A stretch of 64,000 nucleotides of DNA from Patescibacteria group bacterium (lineage in GTDB: Bacteria > Patescibacteriota > Patescibacteriia > Buchananbacterales > UBA6539): positions 178,910 through 242,909 of the forward strand of contig JAQTYZ010000001.1 in NCBI GenBank assembly GCA_028688055.1. The letters are read 5' to 3'. Positions within the stretch are counted from its first letter, which is position 1. Each line of letters starts with the position of its first letter. Under the pieces are notes generated by a model, which ran no database searches, had not been told where the DNA came from, and saw nothing but the letters and a program-made list of their open reading frames with translations. Positions 47,384-57,855 of the stretch are shown here, piece by piece. A program made the translations under genes and the position numbers.

Positions 47384-47492
47384 CCATTGTTTACCAGAGA
47401 CCGCCTAGAGAGAGGGCGGTTTTTGGTTTTTAATGGTAGACTGATGCCTTATTTTTTGATAATATAACCCTGTATTAAATAATTTAAGAACT

Positions 47493-48149
47493 ATGAAAAA
47501 AATATTTATTTTTGCAGTTTTGACTCTAGCTCTGGCCGGTTGTCAGAAACAGACGGCGGTTAGTGTTAATGGGTCGACTAATCTTAATTCTAACGTAATA
47601 AATAATAATCAAAATATGGCCCAAGTTCAAAATATTCCCACCGCCCCAAACCCGGCTGATGTTGAAAAAGTCAGTCAGGCAACTTTTAAAACTAATCTGG
47701 GCGAGGTGACCGTTGAGTTATATTCTAAGGACTCACCACAAACCGTGGCCAATTTTGTTAAGTTGGCTAAGGACGGTTTTTATAACGGAACAAAGTTCCA
47801 TCGGGTGATCAAGGATTTTATGATCCAGGGTGGTGATCCACTTAGCAAGGACGACACTATTAAAACGCGCTGGGGAACTGGTGGCCCCGGATATACTTTT
47901 CCCGATGAAATAAATAGCCATAAATTAGTTAAGGGTTCTCTGGCCATGGCTAACGCCGGGCCGAATACCAATGGCAGCCAGTTTTTTATCGTTTCGGCCG
48001 AAGCGACACCATGGCTTGATGGTCACCACACCAATTTTGGTCAGGTGGTGTCCGGGCTGGATGTAGTTGATAAAATTCAAAATGTAAAAACTGAGGGTGC
48101 TGATCGTCCAGTTAGCGACGTAATTATTGAATCAATTGAGCTTAAATAA
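47493..48149 (+). CDS. Cyclophilin-type PPIase lipoprotein
   Basis: Lipobox LAGC; FHRVIKDFMIQGGD, MANAGPNTNGSQFFI. Confidence 0.95.
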   Translation: MKKIFIFAVLTLALAGCQKQTAVSVNGSTNLNSNVINNNQNMAQVQNIPTAPNPADVEKVSQATFKTNLGEVTVELYSKDSPQTVANFVKLAKDGFYNGTKFHRVIKDFMIQGGDPLSKDDTIKTRWGTGGPGYTFPDEINSHKLVKGSLAMANAGPNTNGSQFFIVSAEATPWLDGHHTNFGQVVSGLDVVDKIQNVKTEGADRPVSDVIIESIELK

Positions 48150-48152
48150 ATT

Positions 48153-48596
48153 ATGATCGCCGGGATTGACTATACTGGGGTTTCAGTTGCATTTTATTGC
48201 CACGACGGCCAAGGTAATTTTTTGCTTCAAAAACGAAGTCAGCAGTGTCGCGACCAAAAAGGGCGCTGGGATAGTGGCGGTGGCAAGCTGGAATTTGGCG
48301 AAAGTCCCGAGGTCGCGACCTTGCGTGAGATTAAAGAAGAATACGGTTGTGCCGGTCAAATTAATAGAGTGTTGCCGACCCTGTCATTTTTTGAAGAAAT
48401 TGACGGCCAAGGTAAACATTGGATAATTATTCCTCACATTGTCGAGGTTAATCGCGACCAGGTCAGTGTCAGTGATCAAGAGTCAATCGACGAAATTGGT
48501 TGGTTTAGACTAAGTGATTTTCCCAGCCCCTTGCACGACAGTGTCACTAAGGAGCTAGTGCTATTCTATGAGCAGTTAAAGGAATTTTCGATTTAG
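48153..48596 (+). CDS. NUDIX hydrolase
   Basis: GGGKLEFGESPEVATLREIKEEYG. Confidence 0.9.
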   Translation: MIAGIDYTGVSVAFYCHDGQGNFLLQKRSQQCRDQKGRWDSGGGKLEFGESPEVATLREIKEEYGCAGQINRVLPTLSFFEEIDGQGKHWIIIPHIVEVNRDQVSVSDQESIDEIGWFRLSDFPSPLHDSVTKELVLFYEQLKEFSI

Positions 48597-48702
48597 GGAA
48601 TGATTTTAAAGTTGGAAATATTTTAAATATATTTTTCAACTGTCGCGTCTTGTTTGTATAATAAACCGCTAAGACCGTCGAGAGATTGCAAAAAATAAAA
48701 TT

Positions 48703-51078
48703 ATGGATATCAATAATAAAAATGCTCCGACAATACTTATTGTTTTAGGCGCCACTGGTGATTTGATGGCGAGAAAGATTGTGCCATCTTTATTCCATTT
48801 GTTTGACCATAACAACCTACCGCAACGATTTAAGGTTGTCGGTTTTGCTCGGCGGTCGTTAACGGACACTGATTTTCAAGAGCATGTTCATCAGAATTTA
48901 ATTGAACATTCGCTGCCGAAAGATAACCAACCGCCAACGGCTGAGTTTTTAAAAATTTTCAGCTATTTTCAGGGAAATTTTGAAGATGTTAGTGCCTACC
49001 AGAATTTAGCTAAAGCATTGGATAAAATTGATGCCGAGTGGGGTGTCTGCGCTAATAAGCTTTTTTATCTGGCCGTACCGCCAGAACAATTTGAGATTAT
49101 CTTTACCAATCTAAAACTATCAGGTTTGAATGTACCATGCAGTCCCCAAACTGGCTGGACGCGAATGTTAATCGAGAAACCATTTGGTCGTGATCTCAAG
49201 ACCGCTGAACGAATGCTTGATCAAGTGTCTAAATTTTTTAAGGACGAGCAGGTTTATCTTATTGATCACTATTTAGCCAAAGAAATTTTGCAGGGGATTG
49301 TACCGTTTCGTTTTTCTAATAATTTATTGGAAGATTCTTGGGATAACACCGCCATTGAAAAAATTGAAATAAAGTTATTGGAAAAACTTGGCGCCGAAAA
49401 ACGCGGTAAATTTTATGACAACGTCGGGGCGCTCAGGGATGTTGGCCAAAATCATTTATTGGAGATGTTGGCGGTTTTAACAATGGAGTATCCTGAGGAT
49501 ATGGACCCATATGATTTGCGCCATAAGCGCGCGGCGATTATTGAGAAATTAAAGCCTTGGACTAAAACAGAAATTATTGAAAATACTTTTCGCGCTCAGT
49601 ATGACAGTTATCAGCAAATTGTCGGGGTTGATTCGAATTCACAGGTTGAAACTTACTTCAAATTAAAAACAGAATTAATTGATAAACGTTGGCGGGGGGT
49701 GCCAATATTTTTGGAATCAGGCAAGGGTTTTGAGTCATCAATCAAACAAATTAAGGTAACCTTCCGTCATCCCGATGTTTGTTTTTTGTGTGTTGGTGGC
49801 GATGATTATAAAAATACCGTGACGTTTTCGCTGGAACCGGAAAGTCGTATCACTATTGATTTTTGGACTAAAAAACCCGGTTATGAAACAACCTTGGAAA
49901 AGCGATCATTTACATTTGTCCTTTATGAAAATAAAACGGAAGTTCAATATGTTGAGGAATATAGCAAGCTAATCTTAGGGTGTATCTTGGGTGATCAGAC
50001 GTTATTTGTTAGTCCGCAAGAAATTAGAGCGATGTGGAAGTTTGCTGATCCAATTAACGAAGCTTGGCAGCAGAATTTAGTGCCGCTTAATAAATATCAA
50101 CTGGGAAGTAATAAAGTTCCCGGCAGTGAAAATATTAAGTTTGAAGAAATTACCCAGACCGCTGATCGATTATTAAAACATGAAGTAGCCATCATTGGTC
50201 TGGGGAAAATGGGTGGCAATCTGGCGCGGCGGTTAATTAGAAAAAAATGGAAAACGGTTGTCTATAACCGAACCAGTGAGGTGACCAAGAATTTTGAAAG
50301 TTTTGGCGGTATCGGCGCTTACTCAACCAAGGAGATCGTGGAAAAATTAATTCCACCACGAGTGGTTTGGCTAATGCTCCCGGCTGGGCAGCCAACTGAC
50401 GATATGCTTTTTGGCCCGGACGGGTTAGTTAAGTATTTGGCAAAAGGTGACATTATTATTGATGGCGCCAATTCATATTTCAAAGATTCAATTAAGCGCG
50501 CGGAAAAACTAAACAAGGTGGGAATTAAATTTCTCGATGTCGGCGTTTCCGGCGGTCCGGCTGGCGCGCTTAACGGTGCTTGCTTAATGATTGGCGGCGA
50601 GCGCCATAATTTTGAGTTGTTAGAGCCGCTGTTCTATGACATTGCCCTGCCGAATGGCTATCAGTTTTTTGACGGTGTTGGGGCCGGACATTTCGTTAAA
50701 ATGGTTCATAATGGTATTGAGTATGGCATGATGCAGGCCATCGGCGAAGGTTTTGGCATTATGAAAAAGACCAAATACGACCTTGATTTATCACGCGTTA
50801 CCGATATCTATAATCACGGTAGTGTAATTGAGTCGCGCTTAATCGGTTGGTTAAAAAGCGCTTTTGAATTGCATACGGAGAATCTTAATGACGTTTCGGG
50901 CTCAGTTGGTTATACCGGCGAAGGCGAGTGGACAGCTAAAACCGCTAAAGAATTAAAAATTAAAGCTAAAATTATTGACGAGTCAGTTAAGTTCCGCCAG
51001 GCGTCAAAACGCCAGCCAAGTTATATCGGCCAAGTGGTTTCGGCGCTGCGTGAACAATTTGGAGGACATAAAGTATGA
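48703..51078 (+). CDS. Glucose-6-phosphate dehydrogenase fused to 6-phosphogluconate dehydrogenase (Zwf-Gnd)
   Basis: GATGDL, IEKPFG, IDHYLAKE, RDVGQNH; then GLGKMG, GVSGG, GAGHFVKMVHNGIEYG. Confidence 0.93.
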   Translation: MDINNKNAPTILIVLGATGDLMARKIVPSLFHLFDHNNLPQRFKVVGFARRSLTDTDFQEHVHQNLIEHSLPKDNQPPTAEFLKIFSYFQGNFEDVSAYQNLAKALDKIDAEWGVCANKLFYLAVPPEQFEIIFTNLKLSGLNVPCSPQTGWTRMLIEKPFGRDLKTAERMLDQVSKFFKDEQVYLIDHYLAKEILQGIVPFRFSNNLLEDSWDNTAIEKIEIKLLEKLGAEKRGKFYDNVGALRDVGQNHLLEMLAVLTMEYPEDMDPYDLRHKRAAIIEKLKPWTKTEIIENTFRAQYDSYQQIVGVDSNSQVETYFKLKTELIDKRWRGVPIFLESGKGFESSIKQIKVTFRHPDVCFLCVGGDDYKNTVTFSLEPESRITIDFWTKKPGYETTLEKRSFTFVLYENKTEVQYVEEYSKLILGCILGDQTLFVSPQEIRAMWKFADPINEAWQQNLVPLNKYQLGSNKVPGSENIKFEEITQTADRLLKHEVAIIGLGKMGGNLARRLIRKKWKTVVYNRTSEVTKNFESFGGIGAYSTKEIVEKLIPPRVVWLMLPAGQPTDDMLFGPDGLVKYLAKGDIIIDGANSYFKDSIKRAEKLNKVGIKFLDVGVSGGPAGALNGACLMIGGERHNFELLEPLFYDIALPNGYQFFDGVGAGHFVKMVHNGIEYGMMQAIGEGFGIMKKTKYDLDLSRVTDIYNHGSVIESRLIGWLKSAFELHTENLNDVSGSVGYTGEGEWTAKTAKELKIKAKIIDESVKFRQASKRQPSYIGQVVSALREQFGGHKV

Positions 51079-52175
51079 GTAATTCTAAACCGATTATTTA
51101 TTTAGGTACCGATCACGGCGGTTATCATCTTAAGGAAAAAATTAAACTATGGTTGCGAGCCTGGGGTTATCACTATGAAGATTTGGGTAACGAAGTTAAT
51201 GACCCGACTGATGATTATCCGCTGTATGCTTTGTCAGTTGCCAAACGCGTTTCGCTTGACCGTCAAAGTGGCCGCTCATCATTAGGAATCATTGGTTGTC
51301 GCACGGCCGCGGGAATGGTTATCGTGGCCAATAAAATTAACGGCGTCAGGGCGGTGGCCGGCTTTGATCTTAATTCGGTCGTTCATTCGCGTCGCGAAAA
51401 TGACGCTAATATTTTAGCCTTAGCTGGCGACATTGTTAGTGACGCTAATGCCAAGAAACTAGTTAAGGCTTGGCTGGAAACAAAATTTGGCGGTCGTACC
51501 AGGCACGCCAGGCGCGTTAAGCAAATCGAGCGCTTGGAGCGCGGTGAGTTTGAAATTATTCCAGGAATTCTTGAGTCTGATTTAAAAAGCATTTCAGACA
51601 AGGTGAAGCGAGTAGAAAAATATTTTGAGTGGATTCAAGTTGATGTGACTGATGGCAAACTCGTGAACAACTCAAATTTTTCCGACCCGGTCGAATTTAA
51701 AAAAATTAACAGTCAAGCTAAGTTCGAATTACATTTAATGGTTAGCGAACCGGACCAATACGTTAAGCCTTGGGCCACCGCTGGCGTCAAGCGAATTATC
51801 AGCCAAATTGAAGCTGGTCGTGTTGATCAGTTTATTTACGCGTGTCGGCAAGCTAAAATTGAAACGGGATTAGCAATTGATTTAGGCACTTCGGTTAGTA
51901 AGTTGAAACCGTATTTAAAAAAAATCGATTGCGTCTTAGTGATGGGGGTTCGCGCCGGTTATTCCGGACAAAAGTTCGCCATTATCGCATTAGAAAAAAT
52001 TGCCCAGCTTAGGGCGTTGATGCCGAAGTTGCCCATTGAGGTTGACGGCGGCGTCAGCGATCAGACGGCGGCGGCCTTGATTGCCGCCGGGGCCACTCGC
52101 TTGGTGACCACCAGCTTTTTATTCAAACATAAAAATATTTCGGATGGAATTAGCAGCTTAAAAAAACTTAATTAA
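51075..52175 (+). CDS. RpiB-Rpe fusion (ribose-5-P isomerase B / ribulose-P 3-epimerase)
   Basis: GTDHGG, DDYP, ANKINGVRA, RHARRV; then DVTDG, ELHLM, GYSGQ, EVDGG. Confidence 0.9.
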   Translation: MSNSKPIIYLGTDHGGYHLKEKIKLWLRAWGYHYEDLGNEVNDPTDDYPLYALSVAKRVSLDRQSGRSSLGIIGCRTAAGMVIVANKINGVRAVAGFDLNSVVHSRRENDANILALAGDIVSDANAKKLVKAWLETKFGGRTRHARRVKQIERLERGEFEIIPGILESDLKSISDKVKRVEKYFEWIQVDVTDGKLVNNSNFSDPVEFKKINSQAKFELHLMVSEPDQYVKPWATAGVKRIISQIEAGRVDQFIYACRQAKIETGLAIDLGTSVSKLKPYLKKIDCVLVMGVRAGYSGQKFAIIALEKIAQLRALMPKLPIEVDGGVSDQTAAALIAAGATRLVTTSFLFKHKNISDGISSLKKLN

Positions 52176-52181
52176 GTATCT

Positions 52182-54020
52182 ATGGATGAAAAAAAATTAA
52201 CTGCGCTCAGTCGCTTAATTCGCTATTATATTTTGGCCTCAACCACTAAAGCCGGTTCGGGTCACCCAACTTCAGCCCTGTCAGGCGTTGAATTAATGGC
52301 TGGTTTGTTTTTTGGTGGTATTTTTAGGACTGACTTAAATAATCCAAAAAATCCTAATAATGATCGATTAATTTTTTCCAAAGGTCATGCCTCGCCGCTT
52401 TTTTATTCGTTGTATGCGGCCGCGGGAAAAATCAGCGAGCCGGAAATGATGACTTATCGTCAATTTTCCAGCCCCTTAGAAGGTCATCCCACGCCGCGAT
52501 TTCGCTACACTGAAGCCTCGACTGGCTCGTTAGGGCAAGGCTTGTCAATTGGCGTCGGTATGGCTCTAAACGCCAAATATTTGGATCAATTGGGTTATCG
52601 AACATATGTGTTGCTTGGTGACAGTGAAATGGCTGAAGGTTCGCAATGGGAGGCAATTCAGTTGGCGGCTTACTATCAGCTGGATAATTTAGTTGCCATT
52701 TTAGATGTTAATCGGTTAGGGCAGCGTGGTGAAACGATGGATGGTTATCAGGTCAAAAAATATCAAAAACGATTTGACGCCTTTGGCTGGAAAACGATTG
52801 TCATTGACGGCCATTCATATCCTCAGGTTATCGGCGCTTATCAGCAAGCGATTAAGTCAAAGGGCCGACCGATTGTGATAATTGCCAAAACAGTTAAAGG
52901 TAAAGGAGTCTCCTTTTTGGAAAATAAAGATGGTTTCCACGGTAAAACTTTAAGCCCTGAACAATTTAATCAAGCCTTGGCGGAGTTGGGCAGTGTTAAT
53001 AAAAAAATTATTGGTCAGGTTTTGAAGGTGTCTAAAGCAAAGCCAAAAGCGGTGAAAAAAGTTACCGCCCAATCAATTGGTTATGATCAATTAAAACCAG
53101 TTGCTACCAGAAAAGCGTTTGGTTTGTCATTGGCTCGCTTAGGCGGGCAGTACCCCGAGGTTGTATCACTCGACGCCGAAACTAGCAATTCAACTTATGC
53201 CGAGCTATTTAAGGCTAAATTCCCCAAGCGATTTTTTGAAATGTTTATTGCCGAACAGAATATGGTTGGTAATGCGCTGGGGTTGTCGCTCCGGGGAAAA
53301 ATTCCGTTTGTTTCAACGTTCGCCGCCTTTTTTTCGCGGGCGTTTGATCAAATCAGGATGAGTCAATATTCAACTTCCAATATAAAATTTGTCGGCTCAC
53401 ATGCCGGTGTTTCAATTGGTGAAGATGGGCCGTCGCAAATGGCGCTGGAAGATATTGCGATGTTTCGTTCCTTAATTGATTCGGTTGTTTTGTATCCGTC
53501 TGACGCTATTGCCACGGAAAAGTTAGTCGAACAGGCTATTAAGCACCAAGGTAATGTTTACATTCGAACAACGCGTAAAGAGACACCGCTGATTTATAAA
53601 ACCAATGAAGCGTTTCTAATCGGCGGCTCAAAGGTGTTGCGTCAGTCAAGTAATGATAAGGTTACCATCGTTGCCGCCGGGGTGACCCTGTATGAAGCTT
53701 TGGCCGCCGCGGACGCATTAAAGAGTAAAAAAATTAATGTTCGAGTTGTTGATCTATATTCCATTAAACCAATTGATCTTCAGACGCTAAAATTAGCCGC
53801 CCAGCAGACTGGTGCCATTATTACGGTTGAAGATCATGGTCTGGCCGGTGGCCTAGGTGAAGCAGTTAAATCGGCTTTAGCGGCCAGTGGCGTGAAAATT
53901 TATGCTTTGGCCGTTAACAAAATTCCTCGGAGCGGCAAGCCCGACGAACTAATGGCCTACGAAAATATTTCTGCTCAGGCGATTATTAGCCTGGTTAAAA
54001 AAATAATTATAAAAAAATGA
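52182..54020 (+). CDS. tkt: Transketolase
   Basis: GSGHPTS, SKGHA, GDSEMAEG, IAEQNM, GEDGPSQM. Confidence 0.95.
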   Translation: MDEKKLTALSRLIRYYILASTTKAGSGHPTSALSGVELMAGLFFGGIFRTDLNNPKNPNNDRLIFSKGHASPLFYSLYAAAGKISEPEMMTYRQFSSPLEGHPTPRFRYTEASTGSLGQGLSIGVGMALNAKYLDQLGYRTYVLLGDSEMAEGSQWEAIQLAAYYQLDNLVAILDVNRLGQRGETMDGYQVKKYQKRFDAFGWKTIVIDGHSYPQVIGAYQQAIKSKGRPIVIIAKTVKGKGVSFLENKDGFHGKTLSPEQFNQALAELGSVNKKIIGQVLKVSKAKPKAVKKVTAQSIGYDQLKPVATRKAFGLSLARLGGQYPEVVSLDAETSNSTYAELFKAKFPKRFFEMFIAEQNMVGNALGLSLRGKIPFVSTFAAFFSRAFDQIRMSQYSTSNIKFVGSHAGVSIGEDGPSQMALEDIAMFRSLIDSVVLYPSDAIATEKLVEQAIKHQGNVYIRTTRKETPLIYKTNEAFLIGGSKVLRQSSNDKVTIVAAGVTLYEALAAADALKSKKINVRVVDLYSIKPIDLQTLKLAAQQTGAIITVEDHGLAGGLGEAVKSALAASGVKIYALAVNKIPRSGKPDELMAYENISAQAIISLVKKIIIKK

Positions 54021-54883
54021 AACCAGTTGGATTAAAAACTAAAATTTTTTTAGATAGTGGCGATTCGGTCGAAACCGCTGAAATTTTAGGTAAGTTAGGC
54101 TTCCTGGATGGTCAAACTACTAACCCCAGTTTAATTGCGAAAAGTCCCGAATCGTTGCAGCGACTTAAGTCAGGTGATAAATTTACCGCCCCGGAGGTGA
54201 CGGATTTTTATCAAACCGTTATCCAAAAAGTCGCCACGATTATTCCTCAAGGGTCTATTTCAATTGAAGTTTATGCTGACGAGCATACTAGCGCCGAAGC
54301 GATGATTGAGCAAGCAAAAAGTTTTTCGACCTGGACGCCGCGAGCGCAAATTAAGTTTCCGATTACCACGGCTGGCTTGCAGGCCGCGGCGGCGGCGGTA
54401 GCAATGGGTCTGAGCGTAAATATGACGTTGTGCTTTACACAGCAACAAGCAGCGGCAGTCTATGCGGCAACAGCTGGTGCGGTTAAAGGTCAGGTTTATC
54501 TTTCGCCATTTGTTGGCCGACTTGATGATTCAGGTCAAAATGGTATTGACTTGATCAAAAATATTATTCAAATGTATTCAGCGGGCGACGGCCACGTTGA
54601 GGTTTTGGCAGCTAGTGTTAGAACGATGGATCACTTTTTTAGTTCAATAAAGTTAGGTGCTGATATTATTACGGCCCCGTCCAAAATTTTAAATGAGTGG
54701 TCAGTCGGTGGGCTCAATTTACCGCCCCAAGATTTTGTTTATCATACTGGTAATTTACAACCCTTGGCCTATGAACAGCTTTCACTGACTAACCCTTGGC
54801 AAGAATATGATTTAAATCATCCGCTAACGGCCAAAGGTTTAGCTAAATTTGCTGAGGACTGGAATTCTATTATTAAAAAATAA
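54017..54883 (+). CDS. tal: Transaldolase family protein
   Basis: FLDSGD, TTNPSL, IKFP (Schiff-base Lys), NMTLCF, SPFVGRLDD. Confidence 0.9.
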   Translation: MKPVGLKTKIFLDSGDSVETAEILGKLGFLDGQTTNPSLIAKSPESLQRLKSGDKFTAPEVTDFYQTVIQKVATIIPQGSISIEVYADEHTSAEAMIEQAKSFSTWTPRAQIKFPITTAGLQAAAAAVAMGLSVNMTLCFTQQQAAAVYAATAGAVKGQVYLSPFVGRLDDSGQNGIDLIKNIIQMYSAGDGHVEVLAASVRTMDHFFSSIKLGADIITAPSKILNEWSVGGLNLPPQDFVYHTGNLQPLAYEQLSLTNPWQEYDLNHPLTAKGLAKFAEDWNSIIKK

Positions 54884-54889
54884 GCCACT

Positions 54890-54922
54890 AAAAAAACAGG
54901 CCGGTAACTGGTGCTGTTTTTT
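54890..54922. terminator. Bidirectional terminator
   Basis: AAAAAACAG...CTGTTTTTT between convergent operons. Confidence 0.65.
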
Positions 54923-56205
54923 TATTTAGCGTTTGACAGGTGGATATAAATGTGGATGGTATGTAAACCTTTCATAATTTTTGTGGTCAAGGTTTCTTTT
55001 TCTAATTTTAATATAACATTTAATTGCGTACTCTGATTATTTAATGGAATAGTTTTTGAAGTATAACCAGCCGCGGTAACAGTTAGCGTCTTGTTGTATT
55101 TTGGAATGTAGGGTAATTGGTAATAACCATTTTGGCCAGTGGTGGTTTCGCGGTATTCAGTTTTAACCGACGCATTATTTATTGGTTTACCAAGTTCATC
55201 AACAACCGCCCCGTATAAGCCGCCTGGGGTGTAAAATTGAGTTAGAATTGCCACCGCCGGTAAAGCCGTGCCATCGGATGATGACCAAAGCTCCGTTGAG
55301 CCACCAAGGTTAACCCAATAATTCAAGCCGCTCAACTTGGGAATTTTAGCAATTTGTAGCAAAGTGTCATTTAGCCAATTAGCTTGTTGTAATGGGGTTA
55401 GCTCGCCGTGAATGTCAGGGATGGGCGCTCCGAATTCACCCAGCACGACGTTACCATTTCCATTTTCGGCAAAATTAATTAAATCATTGGTAAGTTGCCC
55501 GCCGGTTTTAATATAATGATCGACTGAAACCACGCCGCCTAAATCACGAGTCGTGTTTTTGTCCATAATTAAATTAGCGACATCGCCATTCATCGAAAAA
55601 TAGCCAACTTTAGTTTTCTTTTTTAGCTGAGTAAAAGATTGGTTAGCGGCATTATAGAGGGCTCGCAAAAAATCGCGATGAGCGGCAGCATCATTATTGT
55701 TTCGGGGGTCACCCGGACCGCCATTTTCGCATTCGGGGCAGGGTGTAAAGATATCATTATCTTCAAATAAGTCAGGGTGAACGAGAATGAATTTTTTAGT
55801 TTCAATAATATGTTCCGCCCGTGTAATTTTTGGATAATCAAACCAGCCTTCCCAGCCTGACCAATTGCCTCTAAACCAAACGGCTAGGTGATATTTTCTG
55901 GCCGCGGCCACCCAGCGCTTTAAGATTGGTAAAAACTCTTCATCATAAGGCGTATCAATCGCCACATAGTTGGCGCCAGTTGAGGCAATATCTTTAATTT
56001 GTTGATCAATCTCGGGATTAAATCCGGGGTCGTTTAATTTTTCTCGCGCTAAATCGCGCGATGATTTCATCGTGTCAATGCTTTGGATGGGCCATAATTT
56101 TAAATCGGTCGGCTTTTGAAAAACCGGAATTTGTAGTAAAGGTGTGCTGTAGCCGGCTAGGATTACCATGGCAACCAATAGCAGCATGACATAAAAGTAT
56201 TTCAT
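54922..56205 (-). CDS. Secreted glycoside-hydrolase-like TIM barrel plus carboxypeptidase-regulatory-like domain
   Basis: Signal peptide, PECENG, LGEFGAP, GLNYW; C-terminal TGQNGYY...VTAAGY. Confidence 0.6.
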   Translation of the reverse strand: MKYFYVMLLLVAMVILAGYSTPLLQIPVFQKPTDLKLWPIQSIDTMKSSRDLAREKLNDPGFNPEIDQQIKDIASTGANYVAIDTPYDEEFLPILKRWVAAARKYHLAVWFRGNWSGWEGWFDYPKITRAEHIIETKKFILVHPDLFEDNDIFTPCPECENGGPGDPRNNNDAAAHRDFLRALYNAANQSFTQLKKKTKVGYFSMNGDVANLIMDKNTTRDLGGVVSVDHYIKTGGQLTNDLINFAENGNGNVVLGEFGAPIPDIHGELTPLQQANWLNDTLLQIAKIPKLSGLNYWVNLGGSTELWSSSDGTALPAVAILTQFYTPGGLYGAVVDELGKPINNASVKTEYRETTTGQNGYYQLPYIPKYNKTLTVTAAGYTSKTIPLNNQSTQLNVILKLEKETLTTKIMKGLHTIHIYIHLSNAK

Positions 56206-56223
56206 ATCCAGATTATCATAGCA

Positions 56224-57855
56224 TTATTTTTGCTTTCCTAAAATCGGTTCGGTATTTAGGTCTTTTAAGTACTCGCCCTTAATTTGATAGATATCAGCAA
56301 ACGGAAAACTTTGCACTAAGTCATAGTGTTTAAAACCCTCGGTGTTTTTAATCAAGCGGTAGGTTTGATCGTCATCGGAATAAGTTCTAAGAACTATCCA
56401 GCGCGCCCAGCGATCTGGATTCGTCGTTGCACTTTCCCAGTAGGCGCCGGTACCTTCGTGAATGAATCGCTTCATTGGTAGCCCGGAAGAGAAAATGATA
56501 GCATCGTGCGAAGCGGCCGAAATCAAGATAAAGCCAGCTTGTCCCGGAACATTTTTTTGTAGCCAGCCAGATACTTCACTCACATTTTTTTGACTTGATC
56601 CGACTCGGGCATCGTCAATCGTTACGGCGTCACCGTTGGCAAATTGAAACAAGGTTACAAATATTAGTAGTCCAACTAATACCGTTCTTATGGCAAGCCA
56701 CTGGTCAATCAGATAACCGATAAAAATTGCAATTGACGGCATCATCATGATGCCATAGCGGACGTTGAATAAAGAGTTACCCGATAAGCCTTGAATATAC
56801 AATACGGAGTGACCTAAATATAAAGCGATCACGTTGAAAATAAACGGAGCGATCAGCGCCGAAGTGGCGATTCTGACCGACGGTTTAAGCTTTTTATCTA
56901 ACCACAAGACAGCGGCCCCAAGTACACCGACTAGCAAAGTAAAAAAGCCAATGTTATAGGCCAAGGCCCACCAATATGTTTTTAACGAAAAACCGAAATT
57001 GCCTTTGGTGGCCAGAACCCCGGCGGACTCAAGCTGATTTTGCTGAGCGTAAGCCGAGTAAGGCCCGAAAGCAAAATATAAGGCGTCTTTGAAAATAAGT
57101 TGATTCCATAATAACCACAAAAAAATTCCAAAGCCACCGAGAGTGCAAAATAAAACAAACATTCCTTCGGCGGTCCGGTAATTTTTTTGTTTCCAAGTTT
57201 GAAAAAATATAATCATGGCGGCGAAAAAAAACAAAAACCAACCGTCATATCTGATTAGCGTTGAAAGCATTATCCAGAAGGCTGAGGAAATCAAATGAAT
57301 AATTTTATTATCTTGGTACCACAGCAATAAATAGTAAGTTCCGGCCGTCATCGTCGCTAACAACAACAGCTCAGTCATGGCTGTTGATTGAAGATATAAA
57401 ACATTAATATTAGCCACAAAAATTCCCACGCCGACGAAGCGACCGAACAAGCCAACGTTTAAACGCCGTAAAAATAGGTATATTAGCAGGCCGGTATAAA
57501 TAAACGCCCCCATTGATAGAATGGCGCCAGACAGGCCCGAATGCCACATAAAATCATTCCAGATCGTCAGCGTCATTAAAATGTGTGTTAAGGGTAGCCA
57601 AACGCTTCCTAATTGAGCAATACCTGGTTTTAAGCCTTCAACTACTCGGCGGCCGATGTCTAAATGGGATCGGGCATCGTTATAAGCTAAGCCCAAGCCG
57701 TTTTTGTAGTAGACAATATAGCTGGCAATTGATATTGCAACCAAAATAAGCGTGACGACAATCGTGCCATATTTATTTAGAAAAGTCGTTGCCCAATTAA
57801 TCAAATTGCGGTTTAGACTTAGCTTTATTTCTTGGTTATTAGAAAAGTCTTTCAT
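56224..57855 (-). CDS. GT-C (PMT-like) membrane glycosyltransferase
   Basis: Multiple TMs; YNDARSH, GSVWLPL, STAMTE, RYDGW. Confidence 0.7.
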   Translation of the reverse strand: MKDFSNNQEIKLSLNRNLINWATTFLNKYGTIVVTLILVAISIASYIVYYKNGLGLAYNDARSHLDIGRRVVEGLKPGIAQLGSVWLPLTHILMTLTIWNDFMWHSGLSGAILSMGAFIYTGLLIYLFLRRLNVGLFGRFVGVGIFVANINVLYLQSTAMTELLLLATMTAGTYYLLLWYQDNKIIHLISSAFWIMLSTLIRYDGWFLFFFAAMIIFFQTWKQKNYRTAEGMFVLFCTLGGFGIFLWLLWNQLIFKDALYFAFGPYSAYAQQNQLESAGVLATKGNFGFSLKTYWWALAYNIGFFTLLVGVLGAAVLWLDKKLKPSVRIATSALIAPFIFNVIALYLGHSVLYIQGLSGNSLFNVRYGIMMMPSIAIFIGYLIDQWLAIRTVLVGLLIFVTLFQFANGDAVTIDDARVGSSQKNVSEVSGWLQKNVPGQAGFILISAASHDAIIFSSGLPMKRFIHEGTGAYWESATTNPDRWARWIVLRTYSDDDQTYRLIKNTEGFKHYDLVQSFPFADIYQIKGEYLKDLNTEPILGKQK

